Shown here: piece after piece, positions 38,807 to 47,210 of the stretch
Numbering within the stretch: the first letter of the stretch is position 1
Layout of the letters: every line of letters starts with the position of its first letter
Assembly (NCBI GenBank): GCA_963719505.1
Contig: CAVRCF010000001.1
Location: forward strand, 416,001 to 480,000
Length of the DNA: 64,000 nt
Source: Halobacteriovoraceae bacterium
Lineage (GTDB): Bacteria > Bdellovibrionota > Bacteriovoracia > Bacteriovoracales > Bacteriovoracaceae
Direction of reading: 5' to 3'
Notes under the pieces: model-generated
What the model saw: the letters and a program-made list of their open reading frames with translations, nothing else
Database searches by the model: none
What the model was told of the DNA's origin: nothing
Translations under genes and position numbers: made by a program

Positions 38807-40139
38807 TAGGTAATTTTATAAGGAACTTAGCCCCTTTGTCACTTTTGACGCATGAGATCTCACCATTGAGCTTTTTGACAAGACTTTGGCATATTGCTAA
38901 CCCCAAGCCGGTTCCTTTCTCTTTTGTGGTAAAAAACGGTTTGAAGACTGTGGCACATTTATCATCGGCTATGCCGGGACCATTATCTTCGATGGTTAAC
39001 CTTAGATTGTCGTGATCTATTTCCACTTGTACATTTAAAGAGGCATTTGACCTCTCCTTACAAGCTTGAGCACTATTGATGACAATATTGAAAATAATTT
39101 GGGCTAACCAGGTGGGATTAGTTTTGTACATGAGCTCTGATTGTGATGATTCTACTGTCTTTAAAAGATGTCGGCTTTCACTTTTTGTCAGTGTAAAGAC
39201 TTCATTTACAAGCTTAAGAATATCAATGACTTCAAATTCGTTAGTTTCTTTATAAAGATGGGTGAAGTTCTCCATTATACTTTGAGAGCGTTTGATACTT
39301 TTCAAAATTTCATTTATGAACTCGGTTTGCTCTTCGTTATGTTCTTCTAAAAGCAAAAGTTGAGTTGTGAGTTCAAGGCCAAAGATAGGATTACTTAACT
39401 CATGCCTTAAAGTATTCAAGAGCTCACCAAGCAGGGAAACCCTTTCATGGTGAAAGATATCGCCGTGATCGATCAGACTACTTTTTTTTCTCTCAAGCTT
39501 TAGGTCACTGCTTTGATGATCCAATACTGAGTATGGAGACAATTCAAGTGCATTTTTTATCTTGGCAGTTCTCGAAACTTTTAAATTTTGCTCAAGTCTA
39601 ATCTCTATAAAAGAGGGGAGAAGTGCTGTCACCAAATTAAACGTCTCAATTTCGTCCTTTGTCTGTGGGAGAAAGTCATTTCTGGAGAAGACGATGATAA
39701 TATTATAATTTGAAAGAGAAAACTCGTGTGCCAAGAAGGTTCCAAGAATATTTAGGTTAATCCCAGAGATTTTAGATTGTCCGAAAGATCTATTTTTTGA
39801 TTTTTTAATGGATTGAAAAAGAGAGCTAAAATCTGAAATATTGTGATGATAAACTCTATGGTTTGCTCTTAAGACTTCAAGGTGTTCAGACTTCGTTAAG
39901 CCTTTTTGATGAATAAAAAGATGAATAGTTTCAAAAGACTTTAAGCTTTTGAAAGAAAACAGTTTTTGGATAAACTCTACGAGGCTATCAGTTTCACTAA
40001 GAAAACTTGTTAATTGATTCAAAAGTTTAGCTTGGAAGCTAAACTTAGACTTTGCTTTTGTGACTCTGCTGGCCACATTATTGAGATGGCTTAGATCGTG
40101 TTGAGTCTCTTGATTTGGGGTATTGCTGTAATCTTCCAC
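38787..40139 (-). CDS. Cytoplasmic sensor histidine kinase
   Basis: HELSNP H-box, N-box, DNGPGI, PFFTTK, GTGLGL; no TM segment seen. Confidence 0.9.
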   Translation of the reverse strand: MEDYSNTPNQETQHDLSHLNNVASRVTKAKSKFSFQAKLLNQLTSFLSETDSLVEFIQKLFSFKSLKSFETIHLFIHQKGLTKSEHLEVLRANHRVYHHNISDFSSLFQSIKKSKNRSFGQSKISGINLNILGTFLAHEFSLSNYNIIIVFSRNDFLPQTKDEIETFNLVTALLPSFIEIRLEQNLKVSRTAKIKNALELSPYSVLDHQSSDLKLERKKSSLIDHGDIFHHERVSLLGELLNTLRHELSNPIFGLELTTQLLLLEEHNEEQTEFINEILKSIKRSQSIMENFTHLYKETNEFEVIDILKLVNEVFTLTKSESRHLLKTVESSQSELMYKTNPTWLAQIIFNIVINSAQACKERSNASLNVQVEIDHDNLRLTIEDNGPGIADDKCATVFKPFFTTKEKGTGLGLAICQSLVKKLNGEISCVKSDKGAKFLIKLPNENTSH

Positions 40140-40711
40140 TGAGTAAGGTTATCTTTTAGCTCATAATCAAGCAAGTCCAGAAGCATAATCTCATCGTTCC
40201 TTCTTTTTGCCGATAAAAGAGCTTTTGTGACAGAAAGAAGATGAATTTCCAATTGCTTTATGGTGTGGCCAGAGTCGAGCCTTTTATCAGTTTGAATAAC
40301 AAGACCTTGATGAATTTGTGTAATGAGTTGAATAAAGGTGTCAATTTTTTCAATGATATCACCTAAGACTGCAAGCATTAGGGTTGTTTGCTCATTTTTT
40401 GAAAAGTTAACGGCTAGATCAATAGTGCTGATAAGACCATCTAAATACATTGGAAGTTCATCAATTGTTTCTAGAAGAATATTTTTACTATTAGAAACCC
40501 GAAATTGGACAAGGTCCACATCAGTGAGGCTTCTGTTTAAAAATAAGCTTTGGTTACTACTGTTTACTTCCTCACCATTAACAAAGAGCTCAGTTAAATA
40601 CTCATCCTTCCCAAGATGATTACTTTTGATACTCGGTATAAGTTCAGCTACGGTTCTAATCGTGTCGAGTTGTATTGACACTTTTTTATCATTAAATTCT
40701 ATCGTCGCCAT
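40091..40711 (-). CDS. Hypothetical protein (flagellar modification locus)
   Basis: 206-aa ORF in the operon; helical C-terminus with LLDLLDYEL...W. Confidence 0.7.
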   Translation of the reverse strand: MATIEFNDKKVSIQLDTIRTVAELIPSIKSNHLGKDEYLTELFVNGEEVNSSNQSLFLNRSLTDVDLVQFRVSNSKNILLETIDELPMYLDGLISTIDLAVNFSKNEQTTLMLAVLGDIIEKIDTFIQLITQIHQGLVIQTDKRLDSGHTIKQLEIHLLSVTKALLSAKRRNDEIMLLDLLDYELKDNLTQWKITAIPQIKRLNTI

Positions 40712-40720
40712 TTAAGCCCC

Positions 40721-42364
40721 CTAGGCTTCCTTTACTCTTTCATTATTGCTCAATTGTGGACCAACCGTCTTTGTTAAGAGGTCGTTCACAATGGCTACTA
40801 AATTCGTTGCTTCGTGAAAAGCAAGCATGTTGCTATTTGTGATCTCTATAATATTATTTCCTGGTGCATTCGCTTTATGAACAAAGAAAAAGTCAGCGAT
40901 AGGTGCAAGATGAGGAAATGCATTTTTTGTCGTTGAGACTAAAGAATCAATTTCACTCAGCTTGTTTACTCTCTCTTGGATCACTGGAACTGAAGGTGAA
41001 TCTTTTTCCGATTCATCGAGTATTTGATTACAAAACTGAAAGCCGTGGCTATAGACCTCAAAAAGATGTTTGGTTCCCTCGAGATGGTGCAGCAGAATAT
41101 TTTCAGTGTCTTTAGAAACTTTTGGAATCTTGCTAGCAAGCTCAATTCCCCTAAAATAATAATTCCATAGAAGTCGATAATAAGACTTAAAAGTATCAGC
41201 TGTATTGGTAAGGTTTTCAGTAATTTCTGTTAAAGCTAAACCACCTTCATCAAAACTTGCTTTAATTATTCTTACTGAGTCCAGCTCTAAAGGTGTACTT
41301 AGTTGAAGTAGGTTTTTAGTATTTATATCTTGCCCTGTAAGACTTAATGAAATAACTGACATCACGGTGTTGAGATTTAAACTTTTATGACATGGCAAAA
41401 GTTCACAAGATGTCTGAAGTTGACATGGAAAACACTTAATCTTCGGAGAGAGGTTAATAACTCTATCGTTGTATGGTGTCGTCTCATGTGGCTTCACGGT
41501 TCCCAAAGAGAGCACAATTGAAGGCATTCTCAAAATACCGGCTAAGTGTGATACCATAGAGTCGTGCCCAATGAATAACTGGGACTCTGAAAGCATATTG
41601 AAAGTATCCTCAACAGAGTTCTTACCAACGACATTTAAAATTCTTTTATTAAATATTTTTAAAATTGGAGCATTTATTATCTGCTCGGCTTTTGAGGCTT
41701 CGTTGGGTGCGCCAACAATATTAATCTCTATTTCTTTGTCTGATTGGAGAATTTTTTCAATTAATTGAGACCACTTACTTGCATCCCACATCTTCCTTTT
41801 ATGTGAAGCAAATGGATGAAGGGTGACGACTTTATTTTTTGGAGTTTTAAAATCAGTTGCAAATGTTTCTTTCGCACCCAAAATACCCTTGAAAACATCA
41901 ACTAGGTTTATTGGACAGTGGGTAGATTCCATGACGTTTGAATAGACATACTGTGACCATTTATCATCGATACCAACTTGTGCCTTCTCATTTCTATAAA
42001 GTCCCATCTTAAGTTTTTCAGAAATTTGAGTCGTTAAGTACGATGAAGACTTATTAAAAGAGAGATTTACAACTAAGTCATACTCATTCTTTTTTACATC
42101 ACTAACAAACTTATGGGTATTTTCAATCGCCTCTCTCAGGTTGATATTGCTTTTATTTAAAAAGTCTTTAGTTTCAAACTCTATGATATTATCAAAAGCT
42201 TCTTTTAGGAGAAATCTCAACTGAGTCGAAAATCTTCTTCTCGTTATAAGTGTCAATTCAAGATTTTGGTGCTCACTTTTTAGCTGCTTTGCTGCTACGT
42301 AGGTTTGTAGAATATCTCCAATACGGGTCAGTTGAATAACGCAAACTTTCATGTTCGTATCCAT
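40721..42364 (-). CDS. GT9 (heptosyltransferase-like) glycosyltransferase with C-terminal extension
   Basis: RIGDILQ, YDLVVNL, HPFAS...KMW, IGHDSMVSHLA, CFPC...C...C. Confidence 0.85.
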   Translation of the reverse strand: MDTNMKVCVIQLTRIGDILQTYVAAKQLKSEHQNLELTLITRRRFSTQLRFLLKEAFDNIIEFETKDFLNKSNINLREAIENTHKFVSDVKKNEYDLVVNLSFNKSSSYLTTQISEKLKMGLYRNEKAQVGIDDKWSQYVYSNVMESTHCPINLVDVFKGILGAKETFATDFKTPKNKVVTLHPFASHKRKMWDASKWSQLIEKILQSDKEIEINIVGAPNEASKAEQIINAPILKIFNKRILNVVGKNSVEDTFNMLSESQLFIGHDSMVSHLAGILRMPSIVLSLGTVKPHETTPYNDRVINLSPKIKCFPCQLQTSCELLPCHKSLNLNTVMSVISLSLTGQDINTKNLLQLSTPLELDSVRIIKASFDEGGLALTEITENLTNTADTFKSYYRLLWNYYFRGIELASKIPKVSKDTENILLHHLEGTKHLFEVYSHGFQFCNQILDESEKDSPSVPVIQERVNKLSEIDSLVSTTKNAFPHLAPIADFFFVHKANAPGNNIIEITNSNMLAFHEATNLVAIVNDLLTKTVGPQLSNNERVKEA

Positions 42365-42495
42365 TATGACTCCTCTTCTATGAGGGACGTAAGTAAAAGA
42401 AGATCTAAGTCTAAGTTTGACAGGTCATTTTGAGTATCAATTTTCTTTTGAAGTGTTTTTAGTGCTTCAGTTATTTCTAATTGTAAGTTGCTCAT
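42364..42495 (-). CDS. Small 43-aa protein not in the ORF track
   Basis: AGGAGG RBS, ATG 42495, MSNLQLEITEALKTLQKKIDTQNDLSNLDLDLLLLTSLIEEES; TAATG coupling to the GT9 start. Confidence 0.7.
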   Translation of the reverse strand: MSNLQLEITEALKTLQKKIDTQNDLSNLDLDLLLLTSLIEEES

Positions 42496-42535
42496 CTTTA
42501 TCCTCCTGATAATGATTGAACCAGATTTCTAGAAC

Positions 42536-44125
42536 CTATCTATTTGCCTCGGTTACGCCTTCTTCTTGTTCCACTGACACAAGGTCAGTAAGAAGGTTTG
42601 TAAGAGCTTGGAGATCGGTTTTGAGACTAAATAAGTGCTTTTCGATAAGTCTCATATTTTCTTCTGGATTTTCAGAGTTTATACTCTCGATTCTTCCTTC
42701 AAATAAACCAATAGCACCTCTGGTAATTGAGGTTGTTTTCGCTTTTGATATAATCTGGTCAAGGTAGAGAACAAAATTCTTTAAATTACTTTGGGACTGT
42801 TTAGCTCCTTTTAAAGAGCGTAAAGTTGCAAGTAAAAGTTTTACTGCGTTAGTTAACTCATCTTTTGATTGAGTGATGAAAGTTGAAAGTGCAATGGGAT
42901 CAACTGACTTTTTAAGATGGCTGACAAATTGTTTATTGGGTTGAAAGCCCATTAGTTGAAAATGGTATGTTCGTTCAATATGGTAGCGAAGTTCTTCATC
43001 TAATTCTACTGGGCCTCTGATTTGAGTCATTAGGAATCCGTAGTCATCTTCTGTTGTCATATAGATTTTATTTGACGTATGCATTGATGAAATCGGCAAC
43101 TCCGATTCAGTTTCTTGATTAAGAAGAATGAGAATATCGTTGGAGACAAGTTCCTCTCCTTGGTAGATAACAAAGTTATCAGTATTAACGAGTGAAGATC
43201 TTCTTTTCATGTTCTTTGATGATCTAAGCTCAATAGTTCTCGTCTCAATGGCATCAGCAAACATTAAGTGCTCGTTACTTTGTGAAACTAAAAAATCAAG
43301 GTTGAGTGCCACTGATGGAAAAGCAGTTCGATCGGTGTTTATAGAAATTAATTTGTTATCAAATCGCTCGTTTAGTCGATTGACAAGAGTCTTCTCTTTT
43401 TCGGATCCACTCAGAATGAGTACAGCTTTAAAGTTCTCAGAGTCTTCTAAGGCTTCAATGACTTCAGTAATCGATTCTTTGCATATTGGGCTCCCACCAA
43501 ATGATGGAGAGAGACTTATACCTACCATATAGGTCGGTTGCGATGTCTTTAAGGATTGGCGAATTCTGGAAAAATTCGTCGTTGCGACTTGAGTGAACTC
43601 ATTATTAAATTTTACTTTTTTCCCTTCTCTTCTATAAGGAACGGAGCTCATATAGTGTCTCACAAGATGAGAGGGAATAATATCTTCTTCAATATTAGGT
43701 GACACAAAGTTTAGGTAGTTTGACCACACGTTTGACGTTTGAGCAGAGCCAAGTTTTGAAATACTCGTTCCTGTCATATCGTCTGTTGTCATCATAGAAC
43801 AAAGATAAGAGGCAACTGTATCGTTGGAATAATTTATAATCTTATTCCAATGAGTATCGTAGCAAGGGGCCACAGATTTAAAAAAGCTGTTAAGGGCAAA
43901 AGAGTCACTATAAAGTGAGCTTTCAGAGACACTTTTGGCAAAATTTCTATCTATAGAGTAGACTTCAGATATACCGGCGTGTGCACTAAAGAACGTTAGA
44001 AGATCAGAGTAGGTTAAAACACTTATCTCACTGTGAGGATTTTCTTCTTTAAGAGAGCAAATCAAGTGAGTGCTCCCTATGATATCAATGTCGTGAGAGA
44101 GAATAGTGACTAGAATTTTACTCAT
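42536..44125 (-). CDS. Degenerate GT9-like paralog
   Basis: Similar length and layout to the 40721 GT9 but catalytic motifs are lost; start ATG 44125 after GAGGT. Confidence 0.65.
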   Translation of the reverse strand: MSKILVTILSHDIDIIGSTHLICSLKEENPHSEISVLTYSDLLTFFSAHAGISEVYSIDRNFAKSVSESSLYSDSFALNSFFKSVAPCYDTHWNKIINYSNDTVASYLCSMMTTDDMTGTSISKLGSAQTSNVWSNYLNFVSPNIEEDIIPSHLVRHYMSSVPYRREGKKVKFNNEFTQVATTNFSRIRQSLKTSQPTYMVGISLSPSFGGSPICKESITEVIEALEDSENFKAVLILSGSEKEKTLVNRLNERFDNKLISINTDRTAFPSVALNLDFLVSQSNEHLMFADAIETRTIELRSSKNMKRRSSLVNTDNFVIYQGEELVSNDILILLNQETESELPISSMHTSNKIYMTTEDDYGFLMTQIRGPVELDEELRYHIERTYHFQLMGFQPNKQFVSHLKKSVDPIALSTFITQSKDELTNAVKLLLATLRSLKGAKQSQSNLKNFVLYLDQIISKAKTTSITRGAIGLFEGRIESINSENPEENMRLIEKHLFSLKTDLQALTNLLTDLVSVEQEEGVTEANR

Positions 44126-44786
44126 GAGATACCTCGTTTTCTTTGCTGCCTTTAACAAGGGCGTCAAATGCTAGAAGTCCAAAGTCAAAGCGATTGCGAA
44201 TCCCTCGGTTAAGTTTTATGTCCTCAATAACATCCGTTATTGGTTTGTCTAGACTTTCAAAGTCAGTTAAATACATTTGAAGAATATCGGTGAGATCCTC
44301 AACATAAGCCTGCACATGTGTTGGGGCTTTGTATTTCAAAAAAGCTGTGTAGAACTTTTTCTCAATATTAAAAGAAGGATCGTGTTTTATGATAGCGGGC
44401 TTTTGCCTTAAAAAGCTTATGAACTCTGAACTCTTAAAAAGTTCTTCAACATCACTACTATTAATGACTGTGATTGAAGAGTTTTTAAAAGCTCGATATG
44501 TTTTAAAGCCTTCAGCTATTTTAGTATTTGGTTCGAGAACCAAGATATTAAAATGATCGTGATTTTCACTGAGAAGCCTCTCGATCTGATCAATATGATA
44601 TCCAAACCCGAGCCCGAGGACAAGAACGTGATTTGTTACTTTGAGAGTATCGATATACTTTTCTGCGAACGCCTCAGCTTCTTTAGCCGGGTTGTAAACA
44701 GAGTGAAGGTGAATACCTTTAACTACAGGAACGGGTAGTCCATTTCTTGAAGTTTTAATTTCAAACGTCGTCGTGCGTTCATCCAT
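44118..44786 (-). CDS. Maf (motility accessory factor) N-terminal-like protein
   Basis: LHSVYNPAKEA, VLGLGFGYHI, VLEP, as in Maf/MptE-like N-termini. Confidence 0.65.
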   Translation of the reverse strand: MDERTTTFEIKTSRNGLPVPVVKGIHLHSVYNPAKEAEAFAEKYIDTLKVTNHVLVLGLGFGYHIDQIERLLSENHDHFNILVLEPNTKIAEGFKTYRAFKNSSITVINSSDVEELFKSSEFISFLRQKPAIIKHDPSFNIEKKFYTAFLKYKAPTHVQAYVEDLTDILQMYLTDFESLDKPITDVIEDIKLNRGIRNRFDFGLLAFDALVKGSKENEVSHE

Positions 44787-44814
44787 AAGCGCAAACCTTT
44801 AAGTCAAGCATTGC

Positions 44815-45195
44815 TCATTTTAAGCAATTGAGATTATAACCTTTTAAATTTTCTTTGTTTTTAAACACTTTTGCAATTTCTATTTGTGTTTTATCCTTTT
44901 CTTCATCCAATTTTGAGACTATGAAGTCATCGAATTCAGAAATCTTACCTAATAACAGATTTAGTTGGTTATTATAAAGGACTGCATCTTCTTTATGACC
45001 TTCATTTTTTAAACTCGTCTGTTCAAGAGTTAGTCTTTCGTGGACAGTGCAAATGACACTGATGACTTTCTCTCTTTTTTTTATCAAGTCCTCTAGGGCT
45101 TCAAAGTCGCCCATGTTTACTTGGTTTACACACTCTTGTGAAATTTTCACTGCTTTTTCAATTAAATCTGTCAAAAGTGCGTAGTGGTTGTTCAT
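44815..45195 (-). CDS. FliT/FlgN-like flagellar chaperone
   Basis: Helical, LIKKREKVI, C-terminal KGY; follows fliS. Confidence 0.55.
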   Translation of the reverse strand: MNNHYALLTDLIEKAVKISQECVNQVNMGDFEALEDLIKKREKVISVICTVHERLTLEQTSLKNEGHKEDAVLYNNQLNLLLGKISEFDDFIVSKLDEEKDKTQIEIAKVFKNKENLKGYNLNCLK

Positions 45196-45584
45196 GCTTG
45201 TTTAGCTTCCTTAACTCTTAAGGACTTAACTGCAGACGCCCATCCATCATATAGAGTGTTAAGAACACCAAGCACGCCAACAAGTGGCTCTTTATCAATT
45301 TTAATATTGGCCTGAGTACTAGAGTAGATCATATAGTCGTAAAGAGAGGATAGTTCTTTTGAAATATCTCCACCTACTTCATGATCTAAACTATTGTTGA
45401 GCTCGATGATAATATCTTGAAGCTTTCCAATAAACTCACCCTTTTTGGCGACTTGTTTAGCTTCGATTGCGTCGATAGCTTTTTTGCAGTTTTTAATCGC
45501 TGCTTGATACAACATTAAAAGAACTTGCTCTTTACTTGCAGTTTGAACTGAAGTTTTCTTGTAAGCTCCTAATCCGTAGCTCAT
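45192..45584 (-). CDS. fliS: Flagellin chaperone FliS
   Basis: AYKKTSVQTAS..LLMLY, IIELNNSLD, LYDYM, W near the C-terminus. Confidence 0.95.
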   Translation of the reverse strand: MSYGLGAYKKTSVQTASKEQVLLMLYQAAIKNCKKAIDAIEAKQVAKKGEFIGKLQDIIIELNNSLDHEVGGDISKELSSLYDYMIYSSTQANIKIDKEPLVGVLGVLNTLYDGWASAVKSLRVKEAKQA

Positions 45585-45599
45585 TCATTCCTCCTTAAA

Positions 45600-46988
45600 T
45601 TATCCCAGTTGGGTTACAGGGTTTCCACCACCGCCCATTCCGGCGAGACCACTACCTTGTGCCTTTATTCTACTCATTGTTTCTTCAAGCCTAGCAAACT
45701 TTGCTTTGAGCATTTGCTCTTTCTTATCCACATGTCTCTGCTTGCTCACAATCTTTCTATCAATCTGCTTTATCTGACTCTCAAGTCCATGCTTCCTAGA
45801 ACTAAGGACACCGCCTTGAGACTTAAGGGCATCAGAGACGAGTGTGTCCAAGTGATCAATAAAGCCATCGACCTTTCCATTTTCTCTTGTATATTTACCC
45901 GTAATAATCTGCGCGACTTCATCATAATTTTGGTCTAGTTTTGATTTAAGCTTATCTGTATCAAGCTTGAGCATACCATCTCTTTGGAAGGCAAGACCCA
46001 AGTCTCCGATTCGTCTATTACCATAATCAGTAGAAATATTTTTAAAAATACTTCCTCTGATTCTCGACTCTAGAGTTTGTAGCGTTAAATCACCACCAAG
46101 AGTTTGGGATGTATCGACACTTTCATCAAGGGCATTTTGCTCCTTGATAAACTTAATAACGTCATTTATTTTCGCAACGAGGCCATTGATCTTTTCACTA
46201 ATCTTTGCAGTATCTTCTGTAATTTCAATCGTTACTTCATCACCAGGCTTAGCTTTTTTTAGATCTATAGTTGCTCCAGGAATCAGCTCTGTCGTTCTAT
46301 TGGCCGGAACCTCTAATTCAAATCCATCAAGCTTAACCTTGGCATCCTGAGCATCTCTTTGATTATCAAAGTATATATCTTCAACACCGTCGACAAGGTA
46401 TAGTTCTGGAAAGTCGGCTTTTGCATCATCACCTGTGTCTTCAAGTGTAATAATCATTTTCCAAGGTTTGTCAGTGCCATCACGTGAGTTTACAACATTG
46501 GCTAGCATACCATTGTCACTGTCTTTGTTAATGAGTTTCGCAATTCCAGAAAGAGATGAACTATCACTGTCGATGTAGACTTCTTTTGTTTCTCCATCTG
46601 GTAGCTCGTACTGTATATAGCCCACACCAAGGTATGTTTTGTCTTTGTCCTCAACACCATTTGAAATAGCGGATGATTTTTGGGCGAGTTGAATGACTTC
46701 CAGCTGATAGGCACCAGGTTCGGCTATATTTTTGTCGACGCTAACATCGACCCAGTCTTCTGATACATTGACTTGAAATTCTCTGAAGCTTCGAGCGGAT
46801 TTGGAACTATAGATATCTCCGCGTAGATTTTCTACATGCGCTGTAAGATCACCAAGAAGAGCTTTCTTATTCTCTATTTTTCCTTTTCTCACATTCATCT
46901 GCTCCAAAGGTATTTTTTCAGCGGCAACAATTTGCTGAACAATATCTTTTGGTAGACCTGAATTTATTGATCCAAAAGCAATACCCAA
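45600..46988 (-). CDS. fliD: Flagellar cap protein FliD
   Basis: GSINSGL...IVAAEKIP, QLAQ, AQDA, FARLE; TTG start at 46988 after AGGAGG. Confidence 0.93.
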   Translation of the reverse strand: MGIAFGSINSGLPKDIVQQIVAAEKIPLEQMNVRKGKIENKKALLGDLTAHVENLRGDIYSSKSARSFREFQVNVSEDWVDVSVDKNIAEPGAYQLEVIQLAQKSSAISNGVEDKDKTYLGVGYIQYELPDGETKEVYIDSDSSSLSGIAKLINKDSDNGMLANVVNSRDGTDKPWKMIITLEDTGDDAKADFPELYLVDGVEDIYFDNQRDAQDAKVKLDGFELEVPANRTTELIPGATIDLKKAKPGDEVTIEITEDTAKISEKINGLVAKINDVIKFIKEQNALDESVDTSQTLGGDLTLQTLESRIRGSIFKNISTDYGNRRIGDLGLAFQRDGMLKLDTDKLKSKLDQNYDEVAQIITGKYTRENGKVDGFIDHLDTLVSDALKSQGGVLSSRKHGLESQIKQIDRKIVSKQRHVDKKEQMLKAKFARLEETMSRIKAQGSGLAGMGGGGNPVTQLG

Positions 46989-47093
46989 ATGTCCTCCTGA
47001 CTTCGTAAAAGCGCTCCTGCACTTTCTGGGCTTCAGGTATAAGATTATCATAGTAAGAATTTGATGCAATAGGGAACAATTTGAGTTAGAATC

Positions 47094-47128
47094 AAAAAAT
47101 GGCCTGTCTCTTTGGGAAGAAACAGGCC
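47094..47128 (-). terminator. Intrinsic terminator upstream of fliD
   Basis: Minus strand GGCCTGTTTCTT-CCCA-AAGAGACAGGCC-ATTTTTT; 12-bp stem whose G-U pair forms only on the minus strand. Confidence 0.8.
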
Positions 47129-47178
47129 GTTGGGATTAGGATAAATTGGGTATGGGTTTATGAGCTATTAACTCATAC
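47094..47178 (-). ncRNA. Candidate sigma28-dependent small RNA or attenuated fliD leader (~85 nt)
   Basis: Promoter at 47184-47210, 5' hairpin, C-rich unpaired middle, terminator. Confidence 0.55.
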
Positions 47179-47183
47179 TAATC

Positions 47184-47210
47184 TTGTCGGGTATTATGGA
47201 TAAAACTTTA
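47184..47210 (-). promoter_or_regulatory. Sigma28 (FliA) promoter
   Basis: Minus strand TAAA-15 bp-CCCGACAA; same TAAAGT start and spacing as the flagellin promoter. Confidence 0.7.
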
